A stretch of DNA of 63,968 nucleotides, filler included, from Phoronis australis (lineage: Eukaryota; Animalia; Phoronida): assembly GCA_002633005.1 (NCBI GenBank). It is 6 parts of 6 records of this genome, joined end to end, with 100 filler letters (N's around TTAATTAATTAA, not from the genome) between each part and the next. Parts side by side here need not be neighbours in the genome. Positions count along the whole stretch, not along the records: positions 25,117 to 47,831 come from NMRA01000614.1; positions 47,932 to 51,015 come from NMRA01000014.1; 4 more parts are not named here. One strand, 5' to 3'. The position numbers and the translations under genes were made by a program. This document shows, in pieces, positions 37,201 to 49,852 of the stretch. The notes under the pieces were generated by a model that worked only from the letters and a program-made list of their open reading frames with translations, had not been told where the DNA came from and ran no database searches. Numbering within the stretch: position 1 is the first letter of the stretch; every line of letters starts with the position of its first letter.

Positions 37201-40200
37201 TCTTTGGTTTCGATTTCCTCTTATTTGATTTCCAGTTTCTTCTTTTCTCGTTGTTTTCATCAGTATTTTGACTTTATTCATGCAAAAATGTTTATTTTAG
37301 TTAAATTTTGCAACACAAAAAATATTTTTATTACACAAGCCTATTTGTTTGTGGAATGATACATCACATGGAAATTTTTCCTCTTTTTGTCATTGGTCAT
37401 TCCAAGCCCTGGAATATATAACAGTGTGTGTCATTGGTCATTCCAAGCCCTGGAATATGTAGCAGTTTGTGTCATTGGTCATTCCAAGCAGTGTTATCCA
37501 TTGAAAGTACTTACTAGTTGGTACTTTAATTGGTCTGTAAAAGATGTCAACCTTCACTCACTTGCTTTTTGAAAACTTCCTTCTTAGTTTTACTCAAGTG
37601 TTTTCCATATACAATTAGTTTTCAAAATAAACTGGAAAAAATATCAAAATTGTACAAAATTTTGGTGCGCAGAACCGCAACTAAATATCTATTTTCTTTC
37701 CAACTTGAAACCGTTTCAATTTTGGCTAAATGTCTCCACAGGTGGTGCTCCAGGCACGGCATCGAAATCCCGACAATTTACTGTGAGAGCAAGTCCGTCC
37801 ATAATGAAGATTGGCAGCTAGGCACTACTATTTTTCATCAAACTCTGACAGAAATTTGACAATAAAACTATTTTATTGATACAAAAGCTCTACTAAACTG
37901 CCAAACAATTCTGGCAAGAAGTTGACCAAATCTGTCCAGTTTATTTTGAAGACTGCGGTAAAAAATTTCCAATTGGGACAGTGAAAATTGATTATTTCAA
38001 GGTCAGAGCTTGTCCCAAATTCTAGAAATAGGCAATACTGGCCTGACCAAATTCAAGAACCACTGGAAAGATGGCAAGATTATCAAAGTCAAGAAAATTC
38101 AATTTTTGCGTGAGTTTCAGCGTCCCAAATTCTAGAGACTGTCCCAAATTGGAGAATTTTTACAGTAGTTTCTTTCTGCAACTTCACATGAATGAGTAGG
38201 AGCGTGAATCATTGAGTGAATCTACGGAACCCTGGCCAAACACACTAAAGGTATTTTTGAATGTATACGGTATACTGTGGCATTTGGTTTTGCAGCCACG
38301 AAAGACTGAATACCCTCTCAAGTCTCCGGGCGTCAAGCCAACTTCCAGTCGGCATAGCTCATCGTCCATGCTGCGCTCCGCACGCACGATCAGCACACTG
38401 AAGCTGCTACCCCACGGGGACGAGTGTGATGAGAACTCACCCCTGCTGCAGAGCAACACCCCACCCACCACCCCCGGGGGTCATGCGGAGAGGAGCAGTG
38501 ACTCTGGCGTGTTTACAGTGGTTGAAATACGTGGTCAGGGTCAGTAAGAATTAGTGTAATCTCAAAGATTGTGCGTTTTACTTGAGATGCTTTTAAGATC
38601 GTGATTGCAAACATGACAATTTTGATGCATCCACATGTGTGTGTGTTTTTCTGTCCCAGTGTTTTACTGTGTGCATGAGTGTGTGCATGACTGTGTGTTT
38701 GTGTTAACAACAGAGAGGTTTTTATTGACTCGTGATCTAATGAAAAAACGCACGGTTTTGTATGCACGAGTTTGTATTGACTTATGACATAATGACAAAA
38801 TGGACAGGTCTGTATTCACTGATGGTCTAATGAAAAAACCAACAGGTTTGTTTTGACTGGTGGCCTAATAAAAGAACGGACAGGTCTGTATTGCCTGATG
38901 GGTCTGTATTGACAGATGACCTAATGAAAAAATGCCCAGGTCTTTATTGACTGATTGCCTAATAAATAAACGGAAGGTCTGAATTGCCTTTGGGCTTAAT
39001 GAAAAAGCGGAGAGGTCTGTCTTGACTGTTGACTTAATGAAGAAAGGAATTTACCTATGTCCAGATGATGACCTAATGAAAAATGGACTGGTCTGTTTTG
39101 ACTGATGACCTTATGAAAAACGGACAGGTCTGTGTTGATTGAAAAACTAATGAAAACAATGGGCAGGTCTGTATTGACTGCTCACTGGTTCCCTACGTGC
39201 CTAGCCAGTACGCACGTATCATGCAGTGGCACGCGCTTTAGCATTGGTTGATGTAACCTCAGCATTCATTGGTCAGCTTTACAACACCGTGAAAAAATGG
39301 CAGACTATAAACAATTTTTAGCCTTGTCATGCAAGTGGCATTGCAACGACTATTTCGTTTCTGCAGCGATGTTTAAGAGCCGCATTCTTGAAGCACATAC
39401 ATGTACAATAAACACACATCTGGCCGATTTGATGGTGTGTTATTCATACTGTATGAATACAGGACAGTATCGTAAACAAAAGTCATCGACAGTAGGAAGA
39501 TACACTCCAAAAATTTCTAGGATTCACATTTCCTGCACATAAATTTTAAGCACCGATTTGTCTGCCCAACAGACCACATTCACACTTAAGTCCATCAGTC
39601 ACACCACTTTGTTTGTGTAAAGCGCTGCCTGTTGAGAATTTCGACTACCCAGTCAGAAAAGCTGGTGTAAAAAAATTTCCCGAGGAAAATGAAGTGATAC
39701 CTGCGTGCTGCGGCACGCAAGGAACCAGTGAGTATTGACTGATGACCTAATGAAAGATTGCAAGGTCTGTATTGGCTTTTGGCCTAATGAAAACAGGGGC
39801 AAGTCTGTATTGACTGATGACTTAATGAAAAGTCGGACAGGCCAGTATTGACTAATGATCTATTGAAAAAAGCACAGGTTTGTATTCAGTGATGACCTAA
39901 TTTCTGTCCAACATGTCACTGTTGATCTAAAATGTCTCCAAGTTGTACTACTAAATTCAAGTTTTCCCAAGAAAAATCGCACAACATGCTTTTTAGACTT
40001 TTTCCGCTATATTTGAAGTTCCTTAGATTGGTACCCTTTTGCCACACTGTGGGAGATGGTTGCTAAGCAACGATCATTGGTGACATGAAGTCGGGGACTA
40101 CCCACCATCTTCAAACAGGATTACTTCAAAGGCAACGACCCTTGGGGAATGTATTTGAACAGTCCACATCCTTGTTTCAATTTTTATTTCATTAAAAATT

Positions 40201-40637
40201 CTTTTCCCATGAACTGGGGGTAAGCNTCCTTGCGTATTATGATAGCAGTACAACTTGTTCTTCTTCTTGTAGATACCCCTAACAATTTGAGCTCACCTAA
40301 ACCGAAGACTTCTGTTTCCTTACCGTTGCTCTCAGCCCTGCCTGATGATGACGACGATACCCAGGAGCCACCGCCACTTCCTCCACGACGAGGCCATCGT
40401 GAGAGCTCGTCCCTCACGGAACAGAATTCACCTGGTTACAACCAGGTGCGGAAGAAACCATTCGCACTTCCCCCCTCAATCCCCCCCAGAGACACTGGCA
40501 GCAATCCCCCGCCTATACCCCCACGAAGGAACTCGGATAGAGAGAGTGTGTTTGCGACATTCAACGGGGACTCTGAGATCCCCGAGTTACCACCTAAAAC
40601 ATATAGGACGAGATCCGACAAGGATCTAATGGGGTGA
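25206..40637 (+). CDS. SOS: Son of sevenless Ras GEF, 5' truncated. Exons 25206-25336, 26914-27066, 28534-28639, 30040-30468, 30951-31107, 31570-31671, 32773-32928, 33713-33895, 34399-34516, 35113-35282, 36551-36667, 38296-38539, 40273-40637
   Basis: All junctions are GT-AG and phase-compatible. PH domain ([20 protein letters not shown]), REM ([23 protein letters not shown]), CDC25 ([55 protein letters not shown]) and C-terminal PxxPxR Grb2 sites. Confidence 0.97.
26472..26670. repeat. About 64-bp tandem repeat x3 in a SOS intron
   Basis: aaggcttattatcccacaaaagcaca occurs three times. Confidence 0.85.
27198..27552. mobile_element. TTAA-targeting MITE (Kolobok/piggyBac-like)
   Basis: ttaa|aaggatactaaa ... 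tttagtatcctc|ttaa. Confidence 0.7.
28631..29050 (+). repeat. 40-bp tandem array (about 10.5 units) starting at a SOS splice donor
   Basis: Consensus gacacacagGTAAGTcattaACTCACCTGagtctacttca; the first unit overlaps the exon end at 28639. Confidence 0.92.
29177..29248 (-). pseudogene. tRNA-like sequence (Arg-CCT-like), SINE head or tRNA pseudogene
   Basis: Minus strand gtggactagtggg...ctcct...gatcgagtcccactggggta resembles tRNA-Arg(CCT); the stems are degenerate. Confidence 0.55.
30684..30767. repeat. 17-bp tandem repeat x5
   Basis: tgtaatgtgcaagccaa repeated almost perfectly. Confidence 0.92.
35001..35118 (+). repeat. About 30-bp tandem repeat x4 ending at a SOS splice acceptor
   Basis: ctg(a/t)ctgttg(c/t)(t/c)ag|(g/a)tatg units; the last is the acceptor used by exon 35113. 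Confidence 0.82.
37955..38167. mobile_element. Short TIR element ending in TTTACAGTA (Tc1/pogo-like)
   Basis: gtaaaaaatttccaattgggacagt pairs with actgtcccaaattggagaatttttac. Confidence 0.55.
38714..39900. repeat. 38-bp degenerate satellite in the last SOS intron, split by a MITE
   Basis: Consensus ggtctgtattgactgatgacctaatgaaaaaacggaca; blocks at 38714-39180 and 39733-39900. Confidence 0.85.
39181..39732. mobile_element. 552-bp non-autonomous TIR element with a 9-bp target-site duplication (Mutator-like)
   Basis: TIRs of about 38 bp (ctcactggttcc... / ...ggaaccagtgag); tattgactg duplicated at 39172-39180 and 39733-39741. Confidence 0.82.
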
Positions 40638-43600
40638 CAGAGGCGATTCTATGTGTACGCGTATTCGTGGGCATTCAATGGATCACTTCGTAATTTGTGA
40701 ATTTTCCCACAGAAAGACCGGCTAGTACTTTCACTAATGTGTTGATCCTGTAGATTCTGTTGACAGCATTATTTCTTGTTCCTGGCTTTCATCAGAGTTT
40801 TAAAAGTTTGTGGATTGCTCCCACTGAAGATTTAATCTATTGGATCACGTGTACGCTGTATGAAAGACATCTTGTGCTTGCTCTCGGCTTACAGAACTCG
40901 GACATGCACAGGTTATTTGCCAAAAGTAAACATGATTTCAACAGCCGAAGACCTGATTGGTTGATAATTGCCGTCATGTACTTGACATGTTTGTGGAATT
41001 CACTGCAAATGTTTCAGGGGGGTGGGGTTACAGGCAATATTCAGTTGAGTGAAGTCAAAGAAATCATGTGTTCTACTTGTGGGATGCTGTCTTGTTTTTG
41101 TTTGGTACATTTATCTTGCTTTAATACAAGTACGGTTGAAGACAACACTGGCTTCTGCAGATTCCAGATTACTCAGAGCTGTCTCATAACTTTGAAACGA
41201 CGTAGTTTCGCTCTAGTGTTGGCACACGGTGTAAAAACTGACCAATTCTCACTGCGATAATGAAGAGAATACATGTACACATAAGGTACATTTATTCTGG
41301 AATCTTTGTTCTTATACATCCATCATTAGAAACTCTAAAACAACCTGTGTGAACACGAACAGAAAGATGTGAAACTTTTATTACGAAAAATTTGCTACCA
41401 ACTTACACAAATGTTATTTTGGTTGTTACTGTTATTCATTTGGTCACGTGGTATGTTCAGTCTCGGGCAATGTCATTGTGATTAATACCACAGTTGAGAC
41501 TTAAAGTGGCTGTATCTCATCAAATTCGGGTTTATGTAAATTAATTGTTGCTTGTAAATGATATGAGGTATTGAAGTGATCTGAGCTGGTTAGAACTGGA
41601 TACGTGGATTGATCAGGACCAGTGAACACGGGAAATTGTGGAACCTGGTTTAGTTTCAAAATATTGTTTGTAAAATTATATTCTTAATTTAATGTACAGC
41701 TTAACATCAAAATCAAATTTTATTAAGTCCAATACTGTTATTTTGTTATGTGTGGATTGAGTTTACATGAGTGCGGCTCATGTGTTGGCTGTTTCTTTTT
41801 GGTAAAGTAATTTTGAGACATTAAGATATCAAGAGTTTCTGGATAGTGTATGAGAATTTACATGATCATCCAGTAATAGGCGATAGCTGCTTTAAAAAGT
41901 CACAGAGCTCAGTTTTGTTTTCAAATGCTTTTACCCGCATTACGTTTCTTAACGGGGATGAAATTCTCTGGGCACTATCGAGATAATTCACTTAAGGCCA
42001 GCGCAGACAGAGAGCTACAAGCTGAGCTGTCTGCCTCAATCGAACTATTGCTCAGCGTGTAGCTGGATGTGGGCAACCGCATACATTAAGGAAAATGTTG
42101 ACTGATTTGAAAACTACGTTGTTTATAGTAGTCGGTGTAAATGTAGTACACATGGTTGTAATGTGCGAGTGAGGGAGATTTGCTGTTGTGAGGTCACGCA
42201 GTATTTAATTTTCATTCGCTACCGAAAGTAATTTGCTAAATCACTTATCTTCCTCAGCCTTCTGTGAGGACTTACACTCGCTAAGTAGAGGAAACCCAAA
42301 AAGTGGAACGAAATCCTCACAGTTCATTTTGGCGAAAGATATGATCTATGAACTGAGCTTATTTGCAGTCAAAGTGCATTGCCCTCTGTTTACGCTCAGC
42401 CTGGTCCTTGTTTTGCGCAGCAGTTTTTGTCAGTAGTCGGCTTTCATTCTCAAACAGCTGAGGAGATTGACTGTAACAGTGCCCATTTACTGTGAGCCTG
42501 AGAACGGCAATAATTAAGGAAGACGTCTGATAAGGACACTGGGGGAGGGATATATACAGGGACTGGGGGGATCAAGTGTCTAGCACTTTAAACAGTCTAA
42601 CGAACTCCACCACCATGTGACATCAGTGGTTTGGAAATGGTAGCTGGCCAAAAATGAATTATGTCGGTTGTGCGCAAAGTACTTCGCTGCAATCCAGTTC
42701 AACCAACTGACTAAACTTGTTTAGTGATAGATGGACCACTTGAGTATTTTTGAGTAGCAATGATGCACGTCTATTACCAAATGTGTGTTTGAGAATTCAT
42801 TTTAACTTCTGCAAAGTTAGTTAACAAAGGAAGAACAATACATTGGGTATTCAGCACTGATATTTGACAATTCCTTGGTGTCGCCATTACTACTCAAAAT
42901 GCAATAATACAAGTTTGCCTGCATTACAATAATGAATTAGGTAATTATGAGGTTATTACATGGTGACTAGTGCATTTGCATGTAAAGAAGGACAGTTGCA
43001 TTGTGGGTAAATATCTTAGAATGAGAGTGATGCTGTGCAGTTTCAGGACAGACCCATTGAGACGTAAGCCAGTTGCAGGGTTGTTAACTTGTCCACAGAA
43101 ATCAGCAGTCGCGGAAAGACTTTGTCACTTGTGCAAAAATTAGACTTTATTTTACTTTGTGTTTTCTTCCAACTTCTGGAGGTATTGGAAAGACATTTAT
43201 AGACCGAGGGGTGCTGGAAATTGGCACAAAAATGGAATAGATTTTAAAGAGGATTCCAAGTTATACATTTTTTTGAAATATTGTCATGTGCCCATATAAG
43301 GCAATGTGGACAGTCCGTAATAAAGCAAGCAGCAGTTTTCATGTTGCAAACAATTCCGTCGTAATTCAAAGTTGGAGTGAAACTCGGAAGGAAATCACAG
43401 AAAAATCATTGAGGAACTTGCGGAAAATGCCGGCTCTATAAGTTGACAGGTTTTCAACAAGAAGATATTCGTCAACCGTGCTTTTGGTAACTGCTGTAAT
43501 TTTTCATTATGCGAGACAGCCAGTCGTTGACAAGTTCAACATTTTAGCTGGTGGTTTTAATTTGTATATAATGCAACCAGGTATTATGGCTTTACGGGCC

Positions 43601-43832
43601 AGGGATTATGGGGGGCCAGGGATTATGGGGGAACTGGTGTCTTGGGAGAGCTCGGTGCTCTCCAAACACTAATATTGTCTGCTGGGAATTTTGCGGTCTT
43701 TGTTGCTCTGTACATCTCCCACTTGTGATAGACATTGGCAGGACTCAATATTGTGCATGAGTTTATTGGACTGAAACTAGCAGTCCGCGCGGTCGTCAAT
43801 AAACAGTTTGAAGTATTTTTGTGGTTATTCTC

Positions 43833-44972
43833 CACTCATTTTGCACTCAAGTATTTGCCAAAATTGTTGTTATCCATTTTCAAAGGCCGAATGCTAATAA
43901 TGGAAACTTTGCCAAATGTTCTTTTATGACATCTACATAGTACAACCCATTTGAGTTATAGACTAATATTTCTTTATTTTTGTGGAAAATTTTTAGAAAA
44001 TAGAATTTCACTTGTCAACTATATTGTGTGTGAATAAAATGAAGATTTACACTGTAAGACCAACTTACAGTGAAATGCAGTAAACTGCCTGTAATTGCTG
44101 CACTAAACACTAGCTGAATATTGAATTAACTGCTGTAGTGACATGCACTGTTTGGTGTTTATGGCATTAGCTGGCCCACGTACTTTCCCAGCAGTTTAAT
44201 ATCCCTTTAACATTCACCCTGGATTAGACTGCACATTTTGGCTGGAGTGGCGGCCATCTTGAACGACTTGGCACTTCCTTCATTTCTCGTCAGTTCAGAT
44301 GGTGACACACCATCAACAAACCCGTGTATAAACAACATCGTGGCAATAATCCCCACAACCTTCTAATTTTGTTAAATGTCCTTGAATTTTATGGCAGCAA
44401 AGNCACTCATTTTGCACTCAAGTATTTGCCAAAATTGTTGTTATCCATTTTCAAAGCCCGAATGCTAATAATGGAAACTTTGCCAAATGTTCTTTTATGA
44501 CATCTACATAGTACAACCCATTTGAATTATAGACTAATATTTCTTTATTTTTGTGGAAAATTTTTAGAAAATAGAATTTCACTTGTCAACTATATTGTGT
44601 GTGAATAAAGTGAAGATTTACACTGTAAGACCAACAATGAAATGCAGTAAACTGCCTGTAGTTGCTGCACTGAACACTAGCTGAATATTGAATTAACTGC
44701 TGTAGTGACATGCACTGTCTGGTGTTTATGGCATTAGCTGGCCCACGTACTTTCCCAGCAGTTTAATATCCCTTTAACATTCACCCTGGATTAGACTGCA
44801 CATTTTGGCTGGAGTGGCGGCCATCTTGAACGACTTGGCACTTCCTTCTTCATTTCTCGTCAGTTCAGATGGTGACACACCATCAACAAACCCGTGTATA
44901 AGCAACATCGTGGCAATAATCCCCACAACCTTCCAATTTTGTTAAATGTCCTTGAATTTTATGGCAGCAAAG
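43833..44972. repeat. About 570-bp direct duplication around a single N (44403), likely a haplotype artefact
   Basis: 43833-44402 is near-identical to 44404-44972, with scattered SNPs and small indels. Confidence 0.85.
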
Positions 44973-47315
44973 CCTTGCAAAGTTTTTTTTTGGTTTAGAA
45001 CTAGAACCGCCTTTGCATAAGTCCCAATGTCGTGCAAATACAACCATTTGTACGGTAATTTGCATTAAATAGTTTATTTTCAATATTTAAATGACTGTAC
45101 AAGAATCAGACATTAAAATTTTCACAAGCAATTCTATTAAGAATTTCGGTCTCAAATTTCCGTAGGGTGAACAAAAATGTAATAAAATCACTTCACTGAC
45201 AACCAAAACTGAAATGGCTTATTGTATTTCGTGAATTTCTCCCACTTTATCTTTCTTGCAGGACATGTCTAAAATATGGTGTATAACATTAACCAACCAT
45301 ATAAAATATACATCCTACTAATTCTAAGTGACAAATCACATAAACCAATATACAGTCGGTAAATATACACAACAGCTCAGCTGTGAATAGGTTAATTAAC
45401 AATACCTCATGTGATGTGGGCATTCACAGGTCTTTCGTCTCGATTAGAAGTAATAAGTATTATTCCCAATAAGCGCTCTGCGAGCTTTGAACATTCAAAT
45501 CAAATAAGCACTGATGCGTTGATGTACATGAAACAAAAACAAAGAATTGAATCTGTGGCATGTATAATGGGTGACATTTAAACATAAGTTTCAGACACCA
45601 GATATGATCACTACAAACCATAAAGCACTTGTGACAATCCTCAAAAAAATAAAGGAGGGCTTTATAGTTAAAATTTTCCACAGACTTGTCTTTAAGCAAA
45701 ATTGAGAAGAGAAAATCAATATTATATTCAAATTTGTTCCATCATTGGGGTTATACAAAATACTGGAAGCCTCGTTTTTTTTTCCTTTCAGCCGTGGGGC
45801 GCTTTGTTCACTGCATAAATTCTCTTCTAAAACATAGGGAACTTAACTATAACTAAAATGAATAACCGAGTCAACGTGAAGGTATTTGTCAATCTTCGCG
45901 AAGTCTAATCCCATTTGATCACGTAACTGGTAAATTACTCCTAGGTAACCAACCCTTAAAAGTACATATTTCAGGAATCTTTGACCAGTGCAACACCTGA
46001 ATCCATATCTTGAAACTGGTTGTTTAGATCATTAGTTTCTAAAGAACCCTAAACTGCTGATATCTCTGTTGTTTGTGTGTAAAACAGAAATTTGGGAAAT
46101 CCTGTCTCTCCTCCATGTACCACAGAACAGGTGGATTTATGTGCAATTCTTACACAGTGAAGATAAATCAAAATTATGAAAAAATCTAAAGGTCAGCAAA
46201 AGTCACTGAAGATTTACCACATTGCTGAAATAGATTCAAGACGCCACAAATAACTTGCATTTCCGGCACATGAATAATGCATTCAAAGGGCTGCCAAGGG
46301 AGAGGTGAAAAATGGAGACAACATTACACAATATATTAAAACAGCATTTAAAAACTACCCGAAAGTTGACAATTACCTTAAATGTACAAAATTCAATGTT
46401 ACACTTTCGACAATATACAACAGACAAACATATTGAAAGAAAGCACACACCAAGAAATCAAAATGTGTGCAAAAACACAAGTATTATCATGGCTGTTAAA
46501 CCTAATACAAAAATACTATCAACCTCAATATAAATACAAGATGCCTTGCAGGCGATATATAAACCACTACGAAATCAACTTTGTTGATTTCAAATGCCTA
46601 ATAAATGAACATACCATTCAGAATTCTCCCTTCAACACGACTCAAAAATATACTTATTTCTTTTCTTTCAAAATCACAACTGTTTGATATGTGTTCTAAC
46701 ATGTCGCAACTATAATACAAAAATGACCAAGGTCAAGGGCAGCGCAAAGGTCAAGGTCATCTCCATGACACAGTGGCCCATAATGCAAAGCAAAGTGGAG
46801 TAAGTCTACTCGAAGACAAGTCTCTTTTTTGTGCAATGTAACATCTTGCTTCAGGGACAAACGGATATCAGTTATTTTTTATTGTTCATAAAGCACCGAT
46901 CTCCTTCCTAGATGCAACGTATGAGTCATTGTCACCAAGTTCCTGTATTTGGCAGGCGAAGCGAGTTCTCTATAAAAATTGCTACTTAGTTAAAAGTAAA
47001 ATAGGAACTGACCAAGCAACAAAGGCAGGAACATGTAAAAACGGATTCCAGATGGGTGACACACATATAAGCCCGTCTAACAAGGTGGTCAGCCTAACAT
47101 GACGCATTCACAACAGAGGAATCTCTTTCCTCCCCAGAAAAAAAGAAATCCTGCCCTCAATAGATTGTCTTCTATTCTATCATTTGTAGTTCTGGCGATC
47201 AACACCAGGATTGTTTGTACGTTGTGGGGGGAGGGATGTGCACACAAATCAAGTAGACGCCCAAAGTTCAGTCACAGATCTAGTATCTTCACCAAAATCA
47301 CATTACACTCATAAA

Positions 47316-47752
47316 TCACACTTGCTGAATTTGTTTGCACAACTCTATATCATCCTCCATGATTTGGTCTTTCAACATGTCCTCTTTGGTTTTTAGATTG
47401 TCGCTATTCCTCTTCTCCACCTCCGATGACCACCGTTTCTCGCCCATATTGACGTCATAGACGTTATTTGTCATGTTTTTATTCGTTGTTGTGTTGTCCA
47501 CTAGTAAAGGCATGATGCCCTGAAGGTCAAGATTAGTCGACTTTGGTCGTTTTGTCTCTGACACGAGCGTGGCATTGTTGTCGCTGCGTGTGTGGTACCG
47601 TTGACTGCGGAAACGCCGCCGGAATTTTATGACGACCAGAACGATGATGACAACGGCAAAGACTGAGGCGAGGATTGCAACAACGATGAGCGCAATGCTG
47701 ACAGGATCCCTTAGACCAGGTAATCCTGTAGTGTTTTGGCTCTCAGATGCAC
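47316..47752 (-). CDS. Last coding exon of an unidentified single-pass (type I-like) membrane protein
   Basis: Acceptor tttcacag at 47753, then an open frame ...DPVSIALIVVAILASVFAVVIIVLVVI-KFRRRFRS... (TM helix plus basic stop-transfer) and a tail of about 100 aa ending CKQIQQV*. Upstream exons are lost at the linker. Confidence 0.75.
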
Positions 47753-47831
47753 CTGTGAAAATACAAGGGTTACAGTTGACATACCTTGCTAGTTCGTTAC
47801 CCCTGATAGCTCAAAATGTATTTGGAGTTTC

Positions 47832-47931
47832 NNNNNNNNNNNNNNNNNNNNNNNNNNNNNNNNNNNNNNNNNNNNTTAATTAATTAANNNNNNNNNNNNN
47901 NNNNNNNNNNNNNNNNNNNNNNNNNNNNNNN
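47832..47931. other. Artificial contig linker
   Basis: Same N44-TTAATTAATTAA-N44 structure. Confidence 0.97.
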
Positions 47932-48270
47932 GATGGCATACCATGGTTGAGATTTTTGGGGGTTTCTGCCGGGCACAACCCAAAGTGTATTTTGTCTGTC
48001 ATAGGGGTTTTAGTGATCTGTGACATGTATTGAATCACATGGAATTGGTTTTGTGTGGTACCTCGAATGTATGTGCTAGCTCATTTTTGGGGGGTCCTTT
48101 TTTGGCTTCTGCCGGACCCATTCCTGAGTGCAATTTGTCTGTCATGGGTCATTCGGTGTTCAGTGCGGTATTATTGTTCGTTTTAAATCAGTTTTGGTTG
48201 GTACCTTGAATATCTAGTCTAGCTCATTTTTTGGGGTCTTTGTAAGGCCCCCAGGGGTCACACCCAGAGT

Positions 48271-48580
48271 GCAGACAACGGCAGACGTCCATTTCTGTAC
48301 ATACTGAGGTGGACTTTAAATGCTCCCGTGGTCAGATGTTGGTACCTCGTTCATCTATGCTAAGTGCTCTGGGCTGCCGGTCTATAAGCCAACCTTCTAG
48401 TTCAGTGCTATCACAGAAACTCGTTACGACTATAGTCTATGGTGGTAACTATAGGCTCAGTGCATGCAGACAACGGCAGACGTCCATTTCTGTACATACT
48501 GAGGTGGACTTTAAATGCTCCCGTGGTCAGATGTTGGTACTTCGTTCATCTATGCTAAGTGCTCTGGGCTGCCGGTCTAT
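48271..48580. repeat. About 115-bp direct repeat upstream of TARDBP
   Basis: gcagacaacggcagacgtcc...ctgccggtctata at about 48271 and 48465. Confidence 0.85.
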
Positions 48581-48758
48581 ACTCGCGGCGCCGGTTTCCT
48601 GTCGGAAAACACACAAACGCTTACATCGAAAATTTAGCAATTAGGCCGTCAGATGACGCTCAAATACAAAAGTGCGCCATCTATTAACAAAAAAAAATCG
48701 GCCATATTTGAGCATTTCTTGTTTTAACGCGGATCGCAAATACCTACATATTTCAGTA

Positions 48759-48867
48759 ATGACAGAATATATTCAAGTGGTCGAAGAGGAAAATGAGGAA
48801 GCTATGGAGCTTCCCATTGAAGAAGATGGCACAGTACTTCTAAGTACTCTGTCGGCTCAATTTCCAG
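48759..48867 (+). CDS. TARDBP: TAR DNA-binding protein 43, first coding exon (N-terminal domain)
   Basis: [37 protein letters not shown] matches the TDP-43 N-terminus ([17 protein letters not shown]). Acceptor tttcag at 48756, donor CAG|gtattg. Later exons are not in this contig. Confidence 0.92.
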
Positions 48868-49852
48868 GTATTGTATCCAGTTAAATTAATGAATAGGCAA
48901 GGCATGGTCGACTCTACTCTCTTCTCTAGGCAATGACTAGCCTTGGTACAAAGCTGTATATGAATATACAGCTTTTCACCGATGCGGGTAAAAAAAGTGG
49001 TAAGATAAAATCTGACACAAATTAGTGTCATTAAAAACTACAGCCTTCCTTGAGTAAATTAAATTATTTAACGGTGTTGGCAAAAATGGCGTTCTACAGT
49101 TATTCAGCTGCTTAAGTTGTGGAGCGATCTTTAGTGACGGCTTCCGGCGCCATGAAATTTTGCATCAGCTATTGGCCAGTTTCTTTTTTCGCCAATTCTT
49201 CAATCAACTTGTTCTTTCACAAGGTTGCGTACACGTCACAACAAATTATCAGAACTGGTTTCACTTCATTAAAAGTTTTTAGAATTTTGGTACCGAAAAA
49301 TCGAATTTCAGAAGAAATTTTGTTGCTGCCAAGCTATCATCATCTCCTGAGAGATGTCGCAAAATTTTAGGAAATGGCGCGTGCGTGTGACACGAGCGTA
49401 CTGTTTTCAAAACAACGAAATACTTTTCATTGTTAGAAAAGGCGGAGAGTTACACAAGAAAATGACGTTTATTGCATTGTTTTTCACTTAAACGGCTGTA
49501 ACGGGAAAGGTGAGTGTCGGTTGACTCCCAGATTTTGCATGCACACTGTCCGGTCTTTAGCTTTACATGTTGATACAAGTTTCATGGCGCGGTGACGAGC
49601 AGAACTACCCTGGCGGTGTGCAATTTCGGGGTCTACGGAAGAAATACACGCAGTGGGACCTAGCTGTATTTTGACGATAGTCATCATACAGCTACCTGGC
49701 TGGCTAGGCAATGACTAGGCAATGACCATCGCCTCTGTTGGCCCGACCAGAGGCAATGCAGCTCCAATTGGAGCTCCATACGCCAGAAGTTTTTCGGCGA
49801 ATTATGCCTCGCACTGGTTAAAGCATGAAAGTCACGTTATTATAAATACTTT

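Noticed and set aside
40760-41260. 166-aa ORF after the SOS stop
   Set aside because: Non-ATG start, lies in the expected 3' UTR, no recognisable homology.
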